Below the pieces are notes generated by a model. The model did not search any database, had not been told where the DNA came from, and saw nothing but the letters and a program-made list of their open reading frames with translations. From Oikopleura dioica (Eukaryota; Animalia; Chordata), in contig OU015566.1 in assembly GCA_907165135.1 (NCBI GenBank), forward strand, positions 3,286,001-3,350,000: DNA of 64,000 nt, in the 5' to 3' direction. Numbering within the stretch: the stretch's first letter is position 1; each line of letters starts with the position of its first letter. The position numbers were made by a program, and so were the translations under genes. This document shows, piece after piece, positions 12,121 to 24,473 of the stretch.

Positions 12121-12466
12121 ACAATCGTCCTGTCTACCAGACTGTAGCGGACCAATTTGCAAGCGAAACGACATGAATACCGGACATCCCAAAAAACATA
12201 AAAATTTCTTGCTTATGAAATCTATATTTTGTAAGCATTCTTTCCTTATCTTCTTCTGCATTTTAAAAACTTTTACTTTTGAAAAAAGATGCGTGGTAGG
12301 CCATGTCCACGGAATTATCAATAAATCTTTTTCGAATGTATACTATTTTGTGTGTATTGTCAGGCAATGCTACATGTATAAAAGCAGTCCACAAAAACGG
12401 ACAGGCAGTTATTGAAATGCTTGAATGAATCGAGTTGTTGGTTCCATTTTCGTTGGCTCTCGTTTT

Positions 12467-12968
12467 CTATTGAGCGTAGACGACGCCGGACCACTTGTCC
12501 ATCATGAGTGCAGTTTGAGCTCTGAGCTTCTGGAAAAGAGGTTAATTTGGGTAAGGAAGAACTGCGTCAAACCAAGGTTTCGTCGTTGGCATCTTCAAGC
12601 TCGGAGACTTCTCGGACTTCGATTTCATTGTCGCTTTTGACATATCCTTCGGCGACGAGGTAGTTGTCCTCCTGAAATTTGTCAAGCAAAAATTTGCGCT
12701 CGAAGACTTACCATGAGAAATTCGAAGAACTCCGCGGCGTTGGCAGTGAGAGTGACATCGCCAGAGCCATCCCAGATTGTGATCGAGGTCTCGCTCTTTC
12801 GTGCTTTCATTTTACCAAGGATAGTCACCGCATTGCCTTGGTGCTAGAATTACTCTTAGCTAGTAGGGCGTAAAGGGGAAAAGAACTGACCTTGGAAAGG
12901 TTTTCAAGGCAGGCAAATTTGCGGATTTCTTCTTTGTGATCTGGGATTTCGAACTCGACGTTTGCCAT
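12467..12968 (-). CDS. RPA3: Small OB-fold protein, RPA3 (RPA14)-like
   Basis: Four exons splice to about 123 aa: MANVEFEIPDHKEEIRKFACLENLSKHQGNAVTILGKMKARKSETSITIWDGSGDVTLTANAAEFFEFLMEDNYLVAEGYVKSDNEIEVREV...MMDKWSGVVYAQ*. Size and the VxxxGK..I.DGxG..EGxV pattern resemble RPA3. Confidence 0.55.
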
Positions 12969-13077
12969 TCTTTCTGAAAAGAAAATCTTTAGCTTTTTTC
13001 TGTGAAAATAATTTATAAAAGAAATAGTGAAAAAAATAAGTTGAACTATTCTATAGGAATGTTTCAAAGCGTTGTTT

Positions 13078-16000
13078 TCAAACTTGATCGTCTTCATCTT
13101 GCAGCTCGTTATATTTTTGGCGGACGAAGTTCTTGAATAAAGAAATGAGCTCGAAAATCAGGCTTTCTTTCTCACCTGCCAGGGAGAGTAGCCAGCGAAA
13201 CAGTCGTCTTGGACCTTTTGCTCTTCACTTTCGCTATCCATGTATTTGTCCAGGCTTATAAACGTGTCTAAAGCCAAACCGGGTTATTCTAGAATTTATC
13301 CTCAATCTTCAAATTACCGATGAGTGGAGCAGCTTGCCCCTTTGCTCGCTTCAGGTGCTCGAGTCTGATTCCCTTCGCCAGTTCATTTGGATCTTCATTA
13401 ATCGCCGCTCCAAGTCGATCGAGAATTTCGTCCATTTTGTTTTCGAATTTGAAGTCTCCATCTTCTGCAGTGACGTCGCTGCTGATCCTGTCGATTTGCT
13501 CGTAATAGAATTGTTGCAAGTCGTACATCCTGAAAACTTTTGTCAAAACTATCTGGTCCGTGAAGAGTAAGCCCAAAATAGAAGCAAAAAACCTATTTAT
13601 GTAAGAAGAAAAGGTATAAATAAAGATCCCGAAGGTTAGAGAGAGCACAATGAACTGGGTTTCGCAAATTGTAAAGAGAAACTGAATCGGGATTGGAAAA
13701 GCTGCTGTTCATCTTTCGAGACCCTGACTCAGGCTCGCTACACAGATTGCCTAGCCTTGATGATGAAAGCGTTATCAATTAAAATAATCATTGGTTTCGG
13801 TTTATTTATTTGCTTGGGATTGCTGGGCTTTGTGCTGAAAAAGATATCCGGAAAGGATGAAATCGAAGAGATAGGAAACGCAAAAGATTTAGATTTCAAT
13901 TTTGATAATCTAACGAAGATTTACGATGTGAGAATCAACAATAAAGGTTTGGCTGACTTCTGGGCTGGGCAACCTGTGCAGAAAACATTGTCTCAAAAGA
14001 GGACAGATAGAAAAAGCGGCGGTTCATTACAGCAAAGCTGAAAAATTCAAATCCTGTCTCAGGTTCTCTACATAGGTTGCCGAGCACGGACTGGCAAATA
14101 TCGAGAAATGTCGAATGAGCGAGGAGCTTCTGAAATTTGTCAATAAAAATTTAGAGTATTTGGCGGAGCTCCTTCCTCTGCAATCATTGGAGAGTGCGGT
14201 ACAAATCTGCAAGGAAAAAGGCGGAAATCTTCCTTGGAATAGACTGTCATTCGAAATTCCGTATGAAGACGGGTATTGGGTCCTCCCAATAACCGAAGGT
14301 GAAGAAAAAAAGACTAATTTAAACGAGTTCAATTTGCTTGAAGCTTATGAAATCTATCAAAGGACGGGAGGGAGAGGAAATTGAATAAAAATAGAGGAAA
14401 CTAGATTTTTCAATGATATTTCTATCCTTTTTTAGATGGCAAACCGGCTTATTCGACTTTTTATCACTGAGCATCTTCCATTTCAATAATAAGGATGAAT
14501 CCTGTTTGATAATTTACTTCACCACTTGGATGAAGCAGCTTAATTCTCGACAGTTTCTTTGCGAAAACGATCTCTACGACAGCGAGTCACGGGTGAAGAT
14601 CTTTTTCGATGAGAAAATCGACTGTGAGCAGATGAATCTCAACGCGACTTTTTGGAAAGAAAACGACTTGTGGAATACTGATTATTTGGGAGAAAAATGG
14701 GTTCTCATAAATCGCCTTAAAAACCGAACGACCGGGTCACTTCCGAACCTAAGGACCTTTTCATACTTACGCTTTTTACCCTAGAAGGCAACCTGTAAAG
14801 AAAGCCTGACTCAGGGTTTACAAAACTGTGTGACACTCAAACAGGCTCACGAGCCAATGCGATCTATTAAATTTCAGCTAATTTAGCTAATAAAAGCTAA
14901 AATTATGAAAACTTAAAAGACGGGATATTGGATTCAAAACCGTTCCTCTTACAGAAGTAGAAAACATAACTGGTTTTCATTTCTGTGACCGAAACCAAAA
15001 TGCTCTAGCGATTTCGTGGATCCCTTACGAACAGCGATTTACTATGTCTTCCGCGAAAAAGGGGTGAGTTTTGTGAAAACTCTTGGATTTAAAATTTTTT
15101 TAGCCAAACTTTCTGCATTTACGATAAATAAAAAAAAATCTGCTGATATAAAACCCCCGAAAAACTTACGTAACGATTCCATCTCCGTCAAAGTCAAGAA
15201 TCCTGAACCAATATTCGATCGCTGTCGAGTGCGTTTTGTCTTCTTCCGACATGATGAACCAAATAAAGTCGCCAAAGTCGACCCCTTCGGTGTTATATCT
15301 ATTCGTCGCCTGGGCCATTCTACTGAAAACTTTCGGGTTGACTGTGTGTGACGAGTAGCGAGAAAGCTGGTTAAAAGTCAGCATTTGCGTTTGGCGCGTG
15401 TCCAGCTCGAACCATTCGCAGTACTGGACGTAGAAGTGCTCGTAGCTGAAGAAGTGCGGCTCGTTGTTGACGTCGTTGCCCGGCTCGAAGACGTAGTCGA
15501 GGGCAGAGAGGAAGTCCGTGCGTTTGATCATCTTGGCAGTGAGATTTCTACCCCAGCAGTGGGCGTTATAAGCTAAAAATGAACTCTATAAGGGGATCAG
15601 TCGAAGGCGGAACCAACCTAATCTTTCGATGACAGCTCTCGCGTAAGGATAATGAAAGCTGGGACTGTTCTTTAGATACGCAATGGTCGGTTGACAGTTG
15701 ATCAAATCGAAAATGAGATATTTCATTCCAGGAGAATCGATGTTGATGAGCTCGCCTCCCTCTACCAAGCGCGTGAAGAGAAGATACAGGTCCGTAATGT
15801 GTTCGATTTCTTGCCACAGAACTTCCAGATTGCGTTTTGGGACGTTTCCAATGTACAGTAACTTGAAAAAATGACTGTTAGGAGCGATTCTACCTTCAAA
15901 CTTGTACCTTGTCATTGAATAGCTGTACTCCCTGGTCTCGTTGAATCGACCAAGGGATCAAAATTCTCCAAGATTTCGGCAATTTGGCTCTTTCGCAAAA

Positions 16001-16600
16001 CAGCTCAAAATCGAGTAAGCTTCGCGAGGACTCCGGAAGATCTCGGCAAGGATCGAGCTTTTCTTCGCGCGGCATTCCAGTCGGAAAGTAGAATCTTGGA
16101 ATTCGCTCTTTCGGTTGTTTTGGCTTTTCAGTAACAGCGATCGAGCTTTTGGATCCCGTTGAGCCAGTGCTGTCGGCTCGGCGACCACGAGGACTGAAAA
16201 CTTTCTTTAGAAGGAGAAAAGTCGGTAAATGAGGGGATTATGAAATAGCTTGAATGAAGAGCCGCGTAGCAGCTTCTATGAACACTAAGCCGCGAAGCAG
16301 CTTCGCCAGAATAACTTCCAAAATAGCCGCTATTCACCTTGTTCCAGCAGAAGGCGGTCTAGGCGACAGTTTGACTTCTTCATATTCTTCATCAGAACTC
16401 GAACAGAAAGCATTTTTCTTCTTCTCATTCACGGTGGCCGTTCCTGTCGTATCCAAAGGGTTGATTCCACGAAGAGCGAGAGAATGAGCTTCTAGCAATT
16501 TTTCATAGACGCCGGGAGAATTCATAAATCGATGGAAAAGCTCATCGATTTTGAATTTAACGCGGACTTCTGGCCGTTTTTGGTGTTTTCCCATTTTCAC
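13078..16600 (-). CDS. PPP2R3: PP2A regulatory subunit B'' (PR72/PR130 family, EF-hand)
   Basis: HFFSYEHFYVQYCEWFELD and FIWFIMSEEDKTHSTAIEYWFRILDFDGDGIVT|MYDLQQFYYEQ match the PPP2R3A/B core. The C-terminal exons (IDTFISLDKY...) lie beyond a 1640-nt intron at 13530-15169. Confidence 0.9.
13650..15131 (+). CDS. Nested gene: probable type II membrane protein with C-type-lectin-like segments
   Basis: Hydrophobic IIIGFGLFICLGLLGFVL segment, SAVQICKEKGGNLP..GYWV, RQFLCE, and a terminal QTFCIYDK* (stop 15129-15131, overlapping AATAAA). Lies wholly inside the PPP2R3 intron. Start uncertain (13650 or 13757). Confidence 0.55.
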
Positions 16601-16945
16601 TCTTCAATTTTGCTATTTCGCGGCGTGTTAGTGAATTTTCCAGTAGGAACGAAGAATGGGATTCCCAAAATAAATTCAGATTCTAGTAAATTCAACTTTT
16701 CAAATGAAAAATTTCAGTTTTATTTTTCCAAAGAAATCGAGACTGAAATTCACTCGTTAATTCACTAATTTCAAGCAAAATTCGCTTTATCAGTAGAAAA
16801 CTTGAAAATTATCAAAAATTCCGATCTTCGGAGCGAGTAGGCGTCAAAAATCGTCTTCTCAGTGCTGATTGGCTGCGCGATTGCGCGTTGAGTTCAAGTC
16901 TGCGCGAAGAATTTCTCTCGAATTTTAGGACAGTAAAAAGAGAAA

Positions 16946-18680
16946 ATGATCAGTCCAGGAGCAGAAGAGAGATGCTACTCCGAATCAAGAGGAAAGTTAA
17001 TATTCGCAGAAAAAGGAAGACCAGTTCATCAAATCGTTGAGAATCTCCCTCGACCAGCGACTCATGAACTTGAGGTATTTTCTGTCAAAGGGCTTCTTGA
17101 AAATAAATTGTAAAATTCTAGCGTCGAACACGAAACCCAGGCGGCGCAGATGACCAATTCCTCGAGAGCACGAGCGTCTGTCACGAAGAACTTTCCTTCG
17201 CGGAAAATATTGACCAGTTTTGGCAAAGCTTTGAAGCCGACGGACTCTACCCCGCGATCAAGGGCTTCATGTACTTCAATCCAGCTTCTCAGGAACTCAC
17301 CAGGCGATATTTGAAAGCAGCGAAAATGGCAAAAAATCTCGTCCCAGAGAAGATTCATTCTTATCTAACTGGAATCTTTCACAGCGAAATCGAGCACCGA
17401 GAAGTTCCAGGGCTTATCAGATGCATCGACTGGCATCCTCGTTTCTCAAAGGTAAAGAACTACGTTTTCAAGAGGGCTCGAAAAACTGACTCAAAACCTA
17501 GCTTCAGATGTACCCCGTCTAACCGGTTTTTAGGTAGCGATTGGTTTAAAAGACGACACAGTCAAAGTGTGGTACGAAGAGAACAAGCTCGTCGTCCCTC
17601 ATTTGAAGCACAAGCGCCAGCAGCAAATCCACACTCTCGCCTGGAAACCCGTCGTCGAAGAAGTCCTCGTCGTCGGCTGTCGAGACTGCGCGATAATCTG
17701 GACGATCGAGACGAATTCAATGTCGAATCGACCAGCTTCCGGCTGCGCTCAAGTGATTCCTTCTCCCGGCAGTCAGCCGATCCACTCGCTTTCTTGGGAC
17801 CCGTTCAGCTCGCTTCTGGCGCTGAGCTCGAAGAACGCGACTTTTGTCGAAATCTGGGACTCGGATCGAGAAGAACTCGTTCAACGACAAGTTGGAGCTT
17901 CGTGCGTTGCCTTCGTCGGATTTAGTAACTCGGGAGAGAAACTGGTCGTTTCAGGAAGCGATTCTATCGCTATTTTCAGGTAAAATTGAGTTCAATTTGC
18001 GACCGATAAACTGTTCTTTCAGCTGCGTAACCTGGACGAACGAAGGAACCTGGCGAAACTTGGAAGGCCCTGCTTTGAACGTCTGTTGGTCACATGACGA
18101 TCAAAAGATCATTTTCGCCATCAAAAACAAGGCAAGTACTCTATCCTTGTTTTCGATTTTTCACTCTCAATCTAGATCTTCATCGCGTCTTTCGAGGGAA
18201 TCATGGGCCCGGACGAAGAAGCTCGCGAAATCGAAGAGTTCGAAGGCGACGTCCTCCAAATGGCCTGGCATAATCAACGCCTCGCAGTTGCGGTTGAAGG
18301 GGTCAGCGATACGCTCTTGTACTCGACGCAGATTAACCAGTCGGGCTTGATGGACATCGAGCTCGTCGGACAACTCCCAGGCGCGGGTCACGCGATGTTT
18401 CTTCACATGAAGCCTGTTCCGGGGTCAGATACTGTTGCGCCAGGATCGCTGCTCTCGATTGTTCATGAAGATGGAGAGATTCAGAATATACCACTTTTCT
18501 ACAAGGTAAGCTCGAAATTACCAACCCTTCATTTCTATTCCTTCTATTTAGTCAACGAACTCTGCGATAAACGAACTGAACTCTTCGCACAACGAAACAT
18601 TGTCGACCAGCTTCGGCTTCACCACCGCCCTAGAATCAAACGCCTTCGAAATGAGTCAATTCAATTCCACTCGTCGCTAG
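16946..18680 (+). CDS. AAAS: Aladin, WD40 nucleoporin
   Basis: IDWHPRFSK..LKHKRQQQIHTLAWKP..VLVVGCRDCAIIWTIETNSMSNRPASGCAQV matches the AAAS signature (WHP..LKHRLQ..LAWKP..STRPSSGCAQV). Confidence 0.92.
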
Positions 18681-18845
18681 AATTTTTCTTCCCTCAGTTC
18701 AAATTCACATTTTAGACCATTTTTTCACTGCTACACTTCACAACTCACATATTTTCTTGAAAAACAAACTGCCTTTATCATTTTTTGAAAAATCTTTTGT
18801 ATTCCAATATCTGAATTCAGAAATTTGACTTGAAAAGTATCGAAA

Positions 18846-19163
18846 ATGGCCAAGTCGAAGAACACTTCGCATCACAACCAGAACAAGAAGGCTCACCGAA
18901 ATGGAATTCCTCGACCACGAAAGAGCGTCTACAAGCAGATGTCTCTCAAGGGTGTGGATCCAAAGGTAAGGCTTCTTGATTTGTAACCAGGGCGGCTCTT
19001 TTTCTAGACTAGAAAGACTGTGCAGCTCGAAGCCGCAAGCGGCTATTCGAAGAATGAGCCCTTAGTTAATGTTTATCAGTTTCGTTTTATAACACCTTCA
19101 TTTTAGTTCGTGCGAAACATGCGATTCGCCAAGAAGGGAAACAAGCGAGTCTCAAAGGAATAA
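18846..19163 (+). CDS. RPL29: 60S ribosomal protein L29 (eL29)
   Basis: [40 protein letters not shown]|[18 protein letters not shown], intron 18966-19106. Confidence 0.97.
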
Positions 19164-19168
19164 ATCTT

Positions 19169-20115
19169 TAGGCTTACCGGACTAAATTCAGCCCATTTTT
19201 CTAGCTTAGTTGAGGGGTCACATGATACAGTTTTAGAAAGCCCAGAAGCTGGGCATTCATTTGGGCACCGTATCAAGGGGTCAAAGTCATGCCCGTAAGG
19301 CAATTCTTGGGACATGAGGTTCCAAAATAGGCACTAGATCTCTTCTAACTATTTTTTCGAAGGCGGGCCGGCCTCGAGAACCGTCAAGACTCATATATTT
19401 AGAAAGCTCAGGCTCTGAGCTTTCAGTAGAGCCCCAGAAATCTTAGTGCAAAGTTGTTTTTGGCCACTTGGGGGTGCTAGAAGCTGGGTGAGAAACCGGA
19501 AATTCGGGTAAACTCTGATTAAGAGTTCTTAACCGGGAGGTCAATTGCGTGGCTTGGCCGCAATTCATCTTCCATTTCAATTTTTATTTGATTTCTCGTC
19601 GAAAAATACCCATATTGTCATGTTTCAGAAGATTTCTAGAGTTAAACCGCGATCAACCACCCGGTTGACCACCCGGTCTGTCTGCGGTTTCCTAGTTTTT
19701 ATAGCCTCAATTATTGTAAATATATGTTTTATAAACAAAATAAAAGAGTTTAGAGCTCTAAAACCGAGTTTTCCAGAACTTCCGGTTTCAACTAATGAAC
19801 TTCTAGCGCCCCTAGGTGGCCAAAGACGGCTTTGCACTAAGATTTCTGCGGCTCTACTGAAAGCTCAGAGCCTGAGCTTTCTAAATATATGAGTCTTGAC
19901 GGCTCTCGAGGCCGGCCCGCTTTCGAAAAAATAGTTAGAAGAGTTCTTGTGCCGATTTTGGAACTTCAGGTCCAATAAATTGCCTTGAGGGCATGACCAA
20001 GACCCCTTGATATGGTGCCCAAATGAAAGCCCAGCTTCTGGGCTTTCTAAAACTGCATCATATGACCCCTCAACTTAATTAGAAAAATGGGCCGAAATTT
20101 AGTCCGGTAAGCCTA
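19169..20115. mobile_element. Fold-back hAT-like MITE, family TAGGCTTACCGG, copy 1 (947 bp)
   Basis: TIR TAGGCTTACCGGACTAAATT and AATTTAGTCCGGTAAGCCTA extending into inverted arms of about 330 bp. 8-bp TSD TAAATCTT (19161-19168, 20116-20123). Confidence 0.92.
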
Positions 20116-20318
20116 TAAATCTTTCTTTCTTTGAAACAGAATGTCTGTCTGTGTACTTTGGCACTTGAAAGACCGTTCTCTCCGGCTGTGAAATAAACTC
20201 ATTTTCCGCCGATGATACAAGTTGTTTCTCTTTCATTTTATTACAGAATTCTATTCCGGAAATTTTCTCATGGCATAAATTTTTAACTTGAAGCTATCAT
20301 TCAATCTTCGTTTCAGTT

Positions 20319-21417
20319 TCACAGTTCGTCTTTGCTTTTTCTCTTCACTTCGCGGTCTTTTCTGTCGTCTCTTCCGTGTCTGTCCCCGCTTGATTTGCAT
20401 CTTATTTTGTCTTTGTATTCAATAGGCGCATATCCTTAAAATTTTAAGCTTCCATGCGATTCCCTTCTCTACCTTTGGAACAGACTTTGCAGTCAGCGTC
20501 AGTGGGACCAGAGCATTCTTCACAGGCTTTGTCGCAAGCTTCGCAGTCGAGATTTTTGTTGATGAAATGGTCGGCAGCGCAATGATGGCAGAAAGCTCCA
20601 GTGTAGCCTGTTCAGCTTTTCAAAAGAGCTCTTCGACAAAAAAGGCCCCAAAGGACAAATGTCGAATATTTTTTCTTTTGAAAGTTTCCTGTATTGCACT
20701 CACAAACTCCAAGCCCTTGTTTATCTCCTCCTCCGAGACATTTTCCCTGGTTGCTGCAAACTTCCCCCTTCTTATTCGTTGGGCATTTTCGCTCGCATCT
20801 ACTCCCGAATTTGGTCTTATCAGAGCAGCAGTACTTCATTTCTTTCACGCAGAATTCTTCCCTCAAACTAAAAAGAAGCAATTCAAAGGTGAAAATTGAG
20901 TAGAACAAACTCAGATTTTCGTTCTTCTGGCTCCGAATAAAACCATTCTTCAATCCACTCTTCTTCCTGCTCCAAGAGATTATGACAGCCAGTGTTTTTG
21001 CCGGCTTTTTCGATGTCTAAGAAAGGGTTCAAAGGAGTCCGAAAGCCCGATTTGCTTACCCATACTATTGAGGTTGATGTTGCCATATCCTCCTCCACAA
21101 GCGTTCTCTAGAATCTCCAAAAGCCTACAATTGAAAAAGTCATTGATGTTGGGGTTGAAAAACGTACCGGCTTTCGCTAGAAATCCAATTGATATTCCTC
21201 TTCTTTAATTTCGCCTCTTCCCACTGCGTATTTCCGCCGCCAAAGTTCTGCTTGTAAGTTTCTTTCATTTGAAAATTGACGCCATCGACTAATTGTTCAC
21301 AGCTCCCGCATTTTGTTCTTTTATCCCCAGCTCCGAATGCTTTTCAAACAACAGTTTTTTAATTGAATTTTTTTCTTCCTACCTGTGGACGAAAGAGCAC
21401 AAAGAAAAAGCTTCATT
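20319..21417 (-). CDS. CRELD2: CRELD (cysteine-rich with EGF-like domains), ER-retained form
   Basis: KCGSCEQLVD..KQNFGGGNTQWEEAK..CPTNKKGEVCSNQGKCLGGGDKQGLGVCECNTGYTGAFC..CEACDKACEECSGPTDADC. One splice path ends in KSKDEL*. Paralogue assignment and first exon are uncertain. Confidence 0.85.
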
Positions 21418-21604
21418 TTCTCTGAATACGAAAATCCAGAGAAAAAATGAAGTTCAATACAACCCGCGGCGGAGCATGACGCAGCGTTTTCGTCTTTTGA
21501 CTACGTCATGTTCCAACGCAACACTTATTTGAGCGGTAATAAATTCCAGTTTTCTGTTCGTTTTTTGTACATTTTTATTATTTACAAAATGACAGTATTC
21601 TTTT

Positions 21605-24473
21605 TCAGTCTTCACTGGTTTTGAACTCAAGGGGCATTGTTCGTAGCACAAAATCGGCACCTTTGTTCTCCAAAAAGACGCTCATCAGATTCGCGGTTTT
21701 CGGAACAGATCTTTCTTCCAGTAAGTTTCCTTCAGAGACATTTTGAAAAAGGGTTTAAATATGCGTCTTACCTTCGCGTTCAAGAAACAATGAATTTTTA
21801 CTGTGACGACCGAGTACAGTTCGCATCATGTCCTTCACTACTGTAGCTTCATCGAAAGAATACGGCACTAGAATTCGGTTTTTTAAGATGGCCATTTGAG
21901 CAGGCTTACCTGTTTTATACTGAATTCTTCTCTCATCCTCAATATTCAACATTATCGTCCTGTGGCTCATGTTCTCCCCACCAGCCACAGGAGCAATGAA
22001 CTTGTTCGACTCCGAAATGAGTTTCTGAATCGAATGCTCTGAAAACTCCTTTTGCTTTTTCCAAGGGAGGAGGCTCTTCCAGAGGCCGCGGGAAGGGATT
22101 CTGTTTTTGTCCATTTCCATCTTGTATTTTCGCAGTTGATTGACGATCGATTTGGGGACCAAAGTGATGATCTCGTGGTATTCGACCATGATTTCCAGGG
22201 CGAGAATGAGCGAGTCCATTTTTGCTTGCATCGATGCTATTTGAGAGGCACTTGCTGAAGAAAATTCGATGATGAAAAGGAAGTAGGCTATTTCAATTTA
22301 CTTTTTTGATGCTTTGAATGTTTCTCAACAAAAAGGGTCGGCGCGAAGCAAATTCCGATGTTCTTCGCAGACATTTTGTTTTCCTCGTCATTTTCGGATA
22401 TTCTCTTGAAGAGTCGTAGAAGCTTTCGGAGAATGTACTGATTTGTCGTAGGAAGCGTGAGGAAAAGCATATTCAGGAGCTCGAGCTGAAAGTCATTGTT
22501 ATTGAAAATAATACAAAAAGTAACTCAAAACCACCTTAGTTCAGATTTTCATTGAACTTCACTGAGATGCTCATTCGAGAGATTTGAAAATGACTACTTT
22601 AGAAGATCTTGTCGAAGGCTTTCGGGACTATGCGCCAGAGTTAGTAAAATAAGTGCGATTTAATTGACAAAAGGTTTTTTATTGAAAATTCTATCGGATT
22701 TCCAGTCCTGCACTATTTTACTAGCTCTGATCTGCTTCGAAGCTGATAGATGACAATGACTACTTTTTGTCCGTTGCAATCCCTGTTGGATTTATTGCAT
22801 TAGGGATCTGCATTTCTGTCTATCTTGCACAAAAAATTAATGTAAAAGATCGCAGTGAGAATATTTTCCTCAGAAAAAATTAAGGCCGCGAAGAAAAAAG
22901 TAAGCCCAGAAGCGAATGGACGTTCATCTGGTCAGAACAGCCTTCGCATCGTTCGAGTTGTGCGATACTTACCATTTCATCCTGCATTCCTAGCTTTTCT
23001 TATGGCGGCTGAGAAAGAAAAAACCGAGCAGAAAGAAGAATCTGAGGGGGAAGATGCTAATTTGATTGATGCTTAATCTGTTTTTGCAAATGAATTTTTG
23101 AGAAACTGATTGATAGCTTCGACATTTTTGATCATTCAATAAACTTACTTGACTCTGAAGATCTTTTAATTTCGCAACGGCTTCAAATCCAGGCGAAAAG
23201 CTCTTGATGCACAGTGGTTCGGGAAACGAAGCGAGGATCTCTTTTAGTAATCCGCCTTTGATGAGCGGATTTCTGAACGCTTCTTCGTCCAAAATCTCCC
23301 TAGAGAAAAAAAACTACTGTAAACGAAAAAGAAAAAGAAGAAGCAAAACCTCACTTCAATGTCGAAATACGCGCGATCTTCTCTGTACAAATGAACTAAT
23401 TTTTCTTTTACATCGACAATCGTCTTTTTCGACGGACAGGTTCTGAAGATTCCAGGAGTAGCGGCCATTTCCTCCGTATTTCTGAGGAAATCATGAATTT
23501 TTGATCAAAAAAAATGAGAAATTCTTTCGATCCAATTAGCCGATATTTTATACTCACTTGCATAGAAGGTCAATGAGGAGCGGAACTTGACGCCAGGGAG
23601 CGCCTAATTTGTGCCGATCGACATTTAAGAGGGTATCTTGGTCAATTTCGAAGAGGTCACCTTCTGTCGAAACAGCCGTCTTCTTTGGTATTTTGAGCTG
23701 TCTTTCACGCAAGGATCGTAGAATGGCATCTGCGTGCAAAATGCAAGCAGTCTGAAGAAACCCTATTTCTGGTTCAAAATCCATTAATGAGTACCTGCAC
23801 AAATTCCATATCCCGCTCCCCGAGGTCCGAAAAGCTCACATTTCCCGTCCGCGGCGGTATGACAATGGCAGTTGCCCATTTTCTCGTTGTTTCTTGCTCA
23901 AATCGAAGTTGATGTCGGCAATTTTGCGTTTCTTCCGGAACCGTTTCATGAAGCTTGGTTGGCAAACTTGAGGATTTTTCGGAATCGGACTCGATTTGTT
24001 GATTTTCTGTCCAAGCAGTTGGCAGGGTCGAGCGCTTGTTTCGTTTTGTTCTCTTAAACATTTCGTCAAATTCATCATCTCATCGTCAACAAAGATAAGG
24101 TCAGCAGCATCAATGAATTCTAGAGACTCAAAATGCGAAATAAATTCATCAAACTTCATTTTTCTTATGGATTTTTTTTTATCCTAAACTTACATCATAT
24201 TCTGCCTGTATCCTCCTTGTCAAGCTGTATCGCTGATTCCTCGTCAGGGTCCGTAAAAAGCTCTTATCTTCGCCCAGCCTTATCAGCGAATCCTGCTCTT
24301 CATCTGAAGCAAATATTTACCCGAAGCTACTGTAGTTCGATATGAAATCGTGCTACTTTCGTTCGGCCTGATAAATTTGCCATAGAAACAAAAAGAAAAG
24401 GCCAAAACAATCCAAAATTAAAAAATTCAAATTTCAAATTTTCGGAATTTTTACCTGAGTTTTCTTTTTCCAT
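21605..24473 (-). CDS. RhoGAP, ARHGAP18/28/40 (conundrum) family
   Basis: PGIFRTCPSK, LLKEILASFPEPL, LPTTNQYILRKLLRLFKRISENDEENKMSAKNIGICFAPTLF, then LVPKSIVNQLRK, typical of this subfamily. Confidence 0.8.
22590..23076 (+). CDS. Possible small membrane-protein gene nested in RhoGAP intron 22486-23148
   Basis: ATG 22590, donor/acceptor-like sites, a hydrophobic FLSVAIPVGFIALGICIFCL stretch and an acidic tail. I could not splice it into one fully consistent frame. Confidence 0.3.

Noticed and set aside
8193-12155. Long antisense and alternate-frame ORFs (for example 8193..9674 and 9681..10475)
   Set aside because: Shadows of the Cys-repeat gene caused by its codon bias; no independent motifs.
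18966-19106. Canonical snoRNA in the RPL29 intron
   Set aside because: No RUGAUGA/CUGA boxes or correctly placed ANANNA/ACA boxes; kept only as an unexplained structure.
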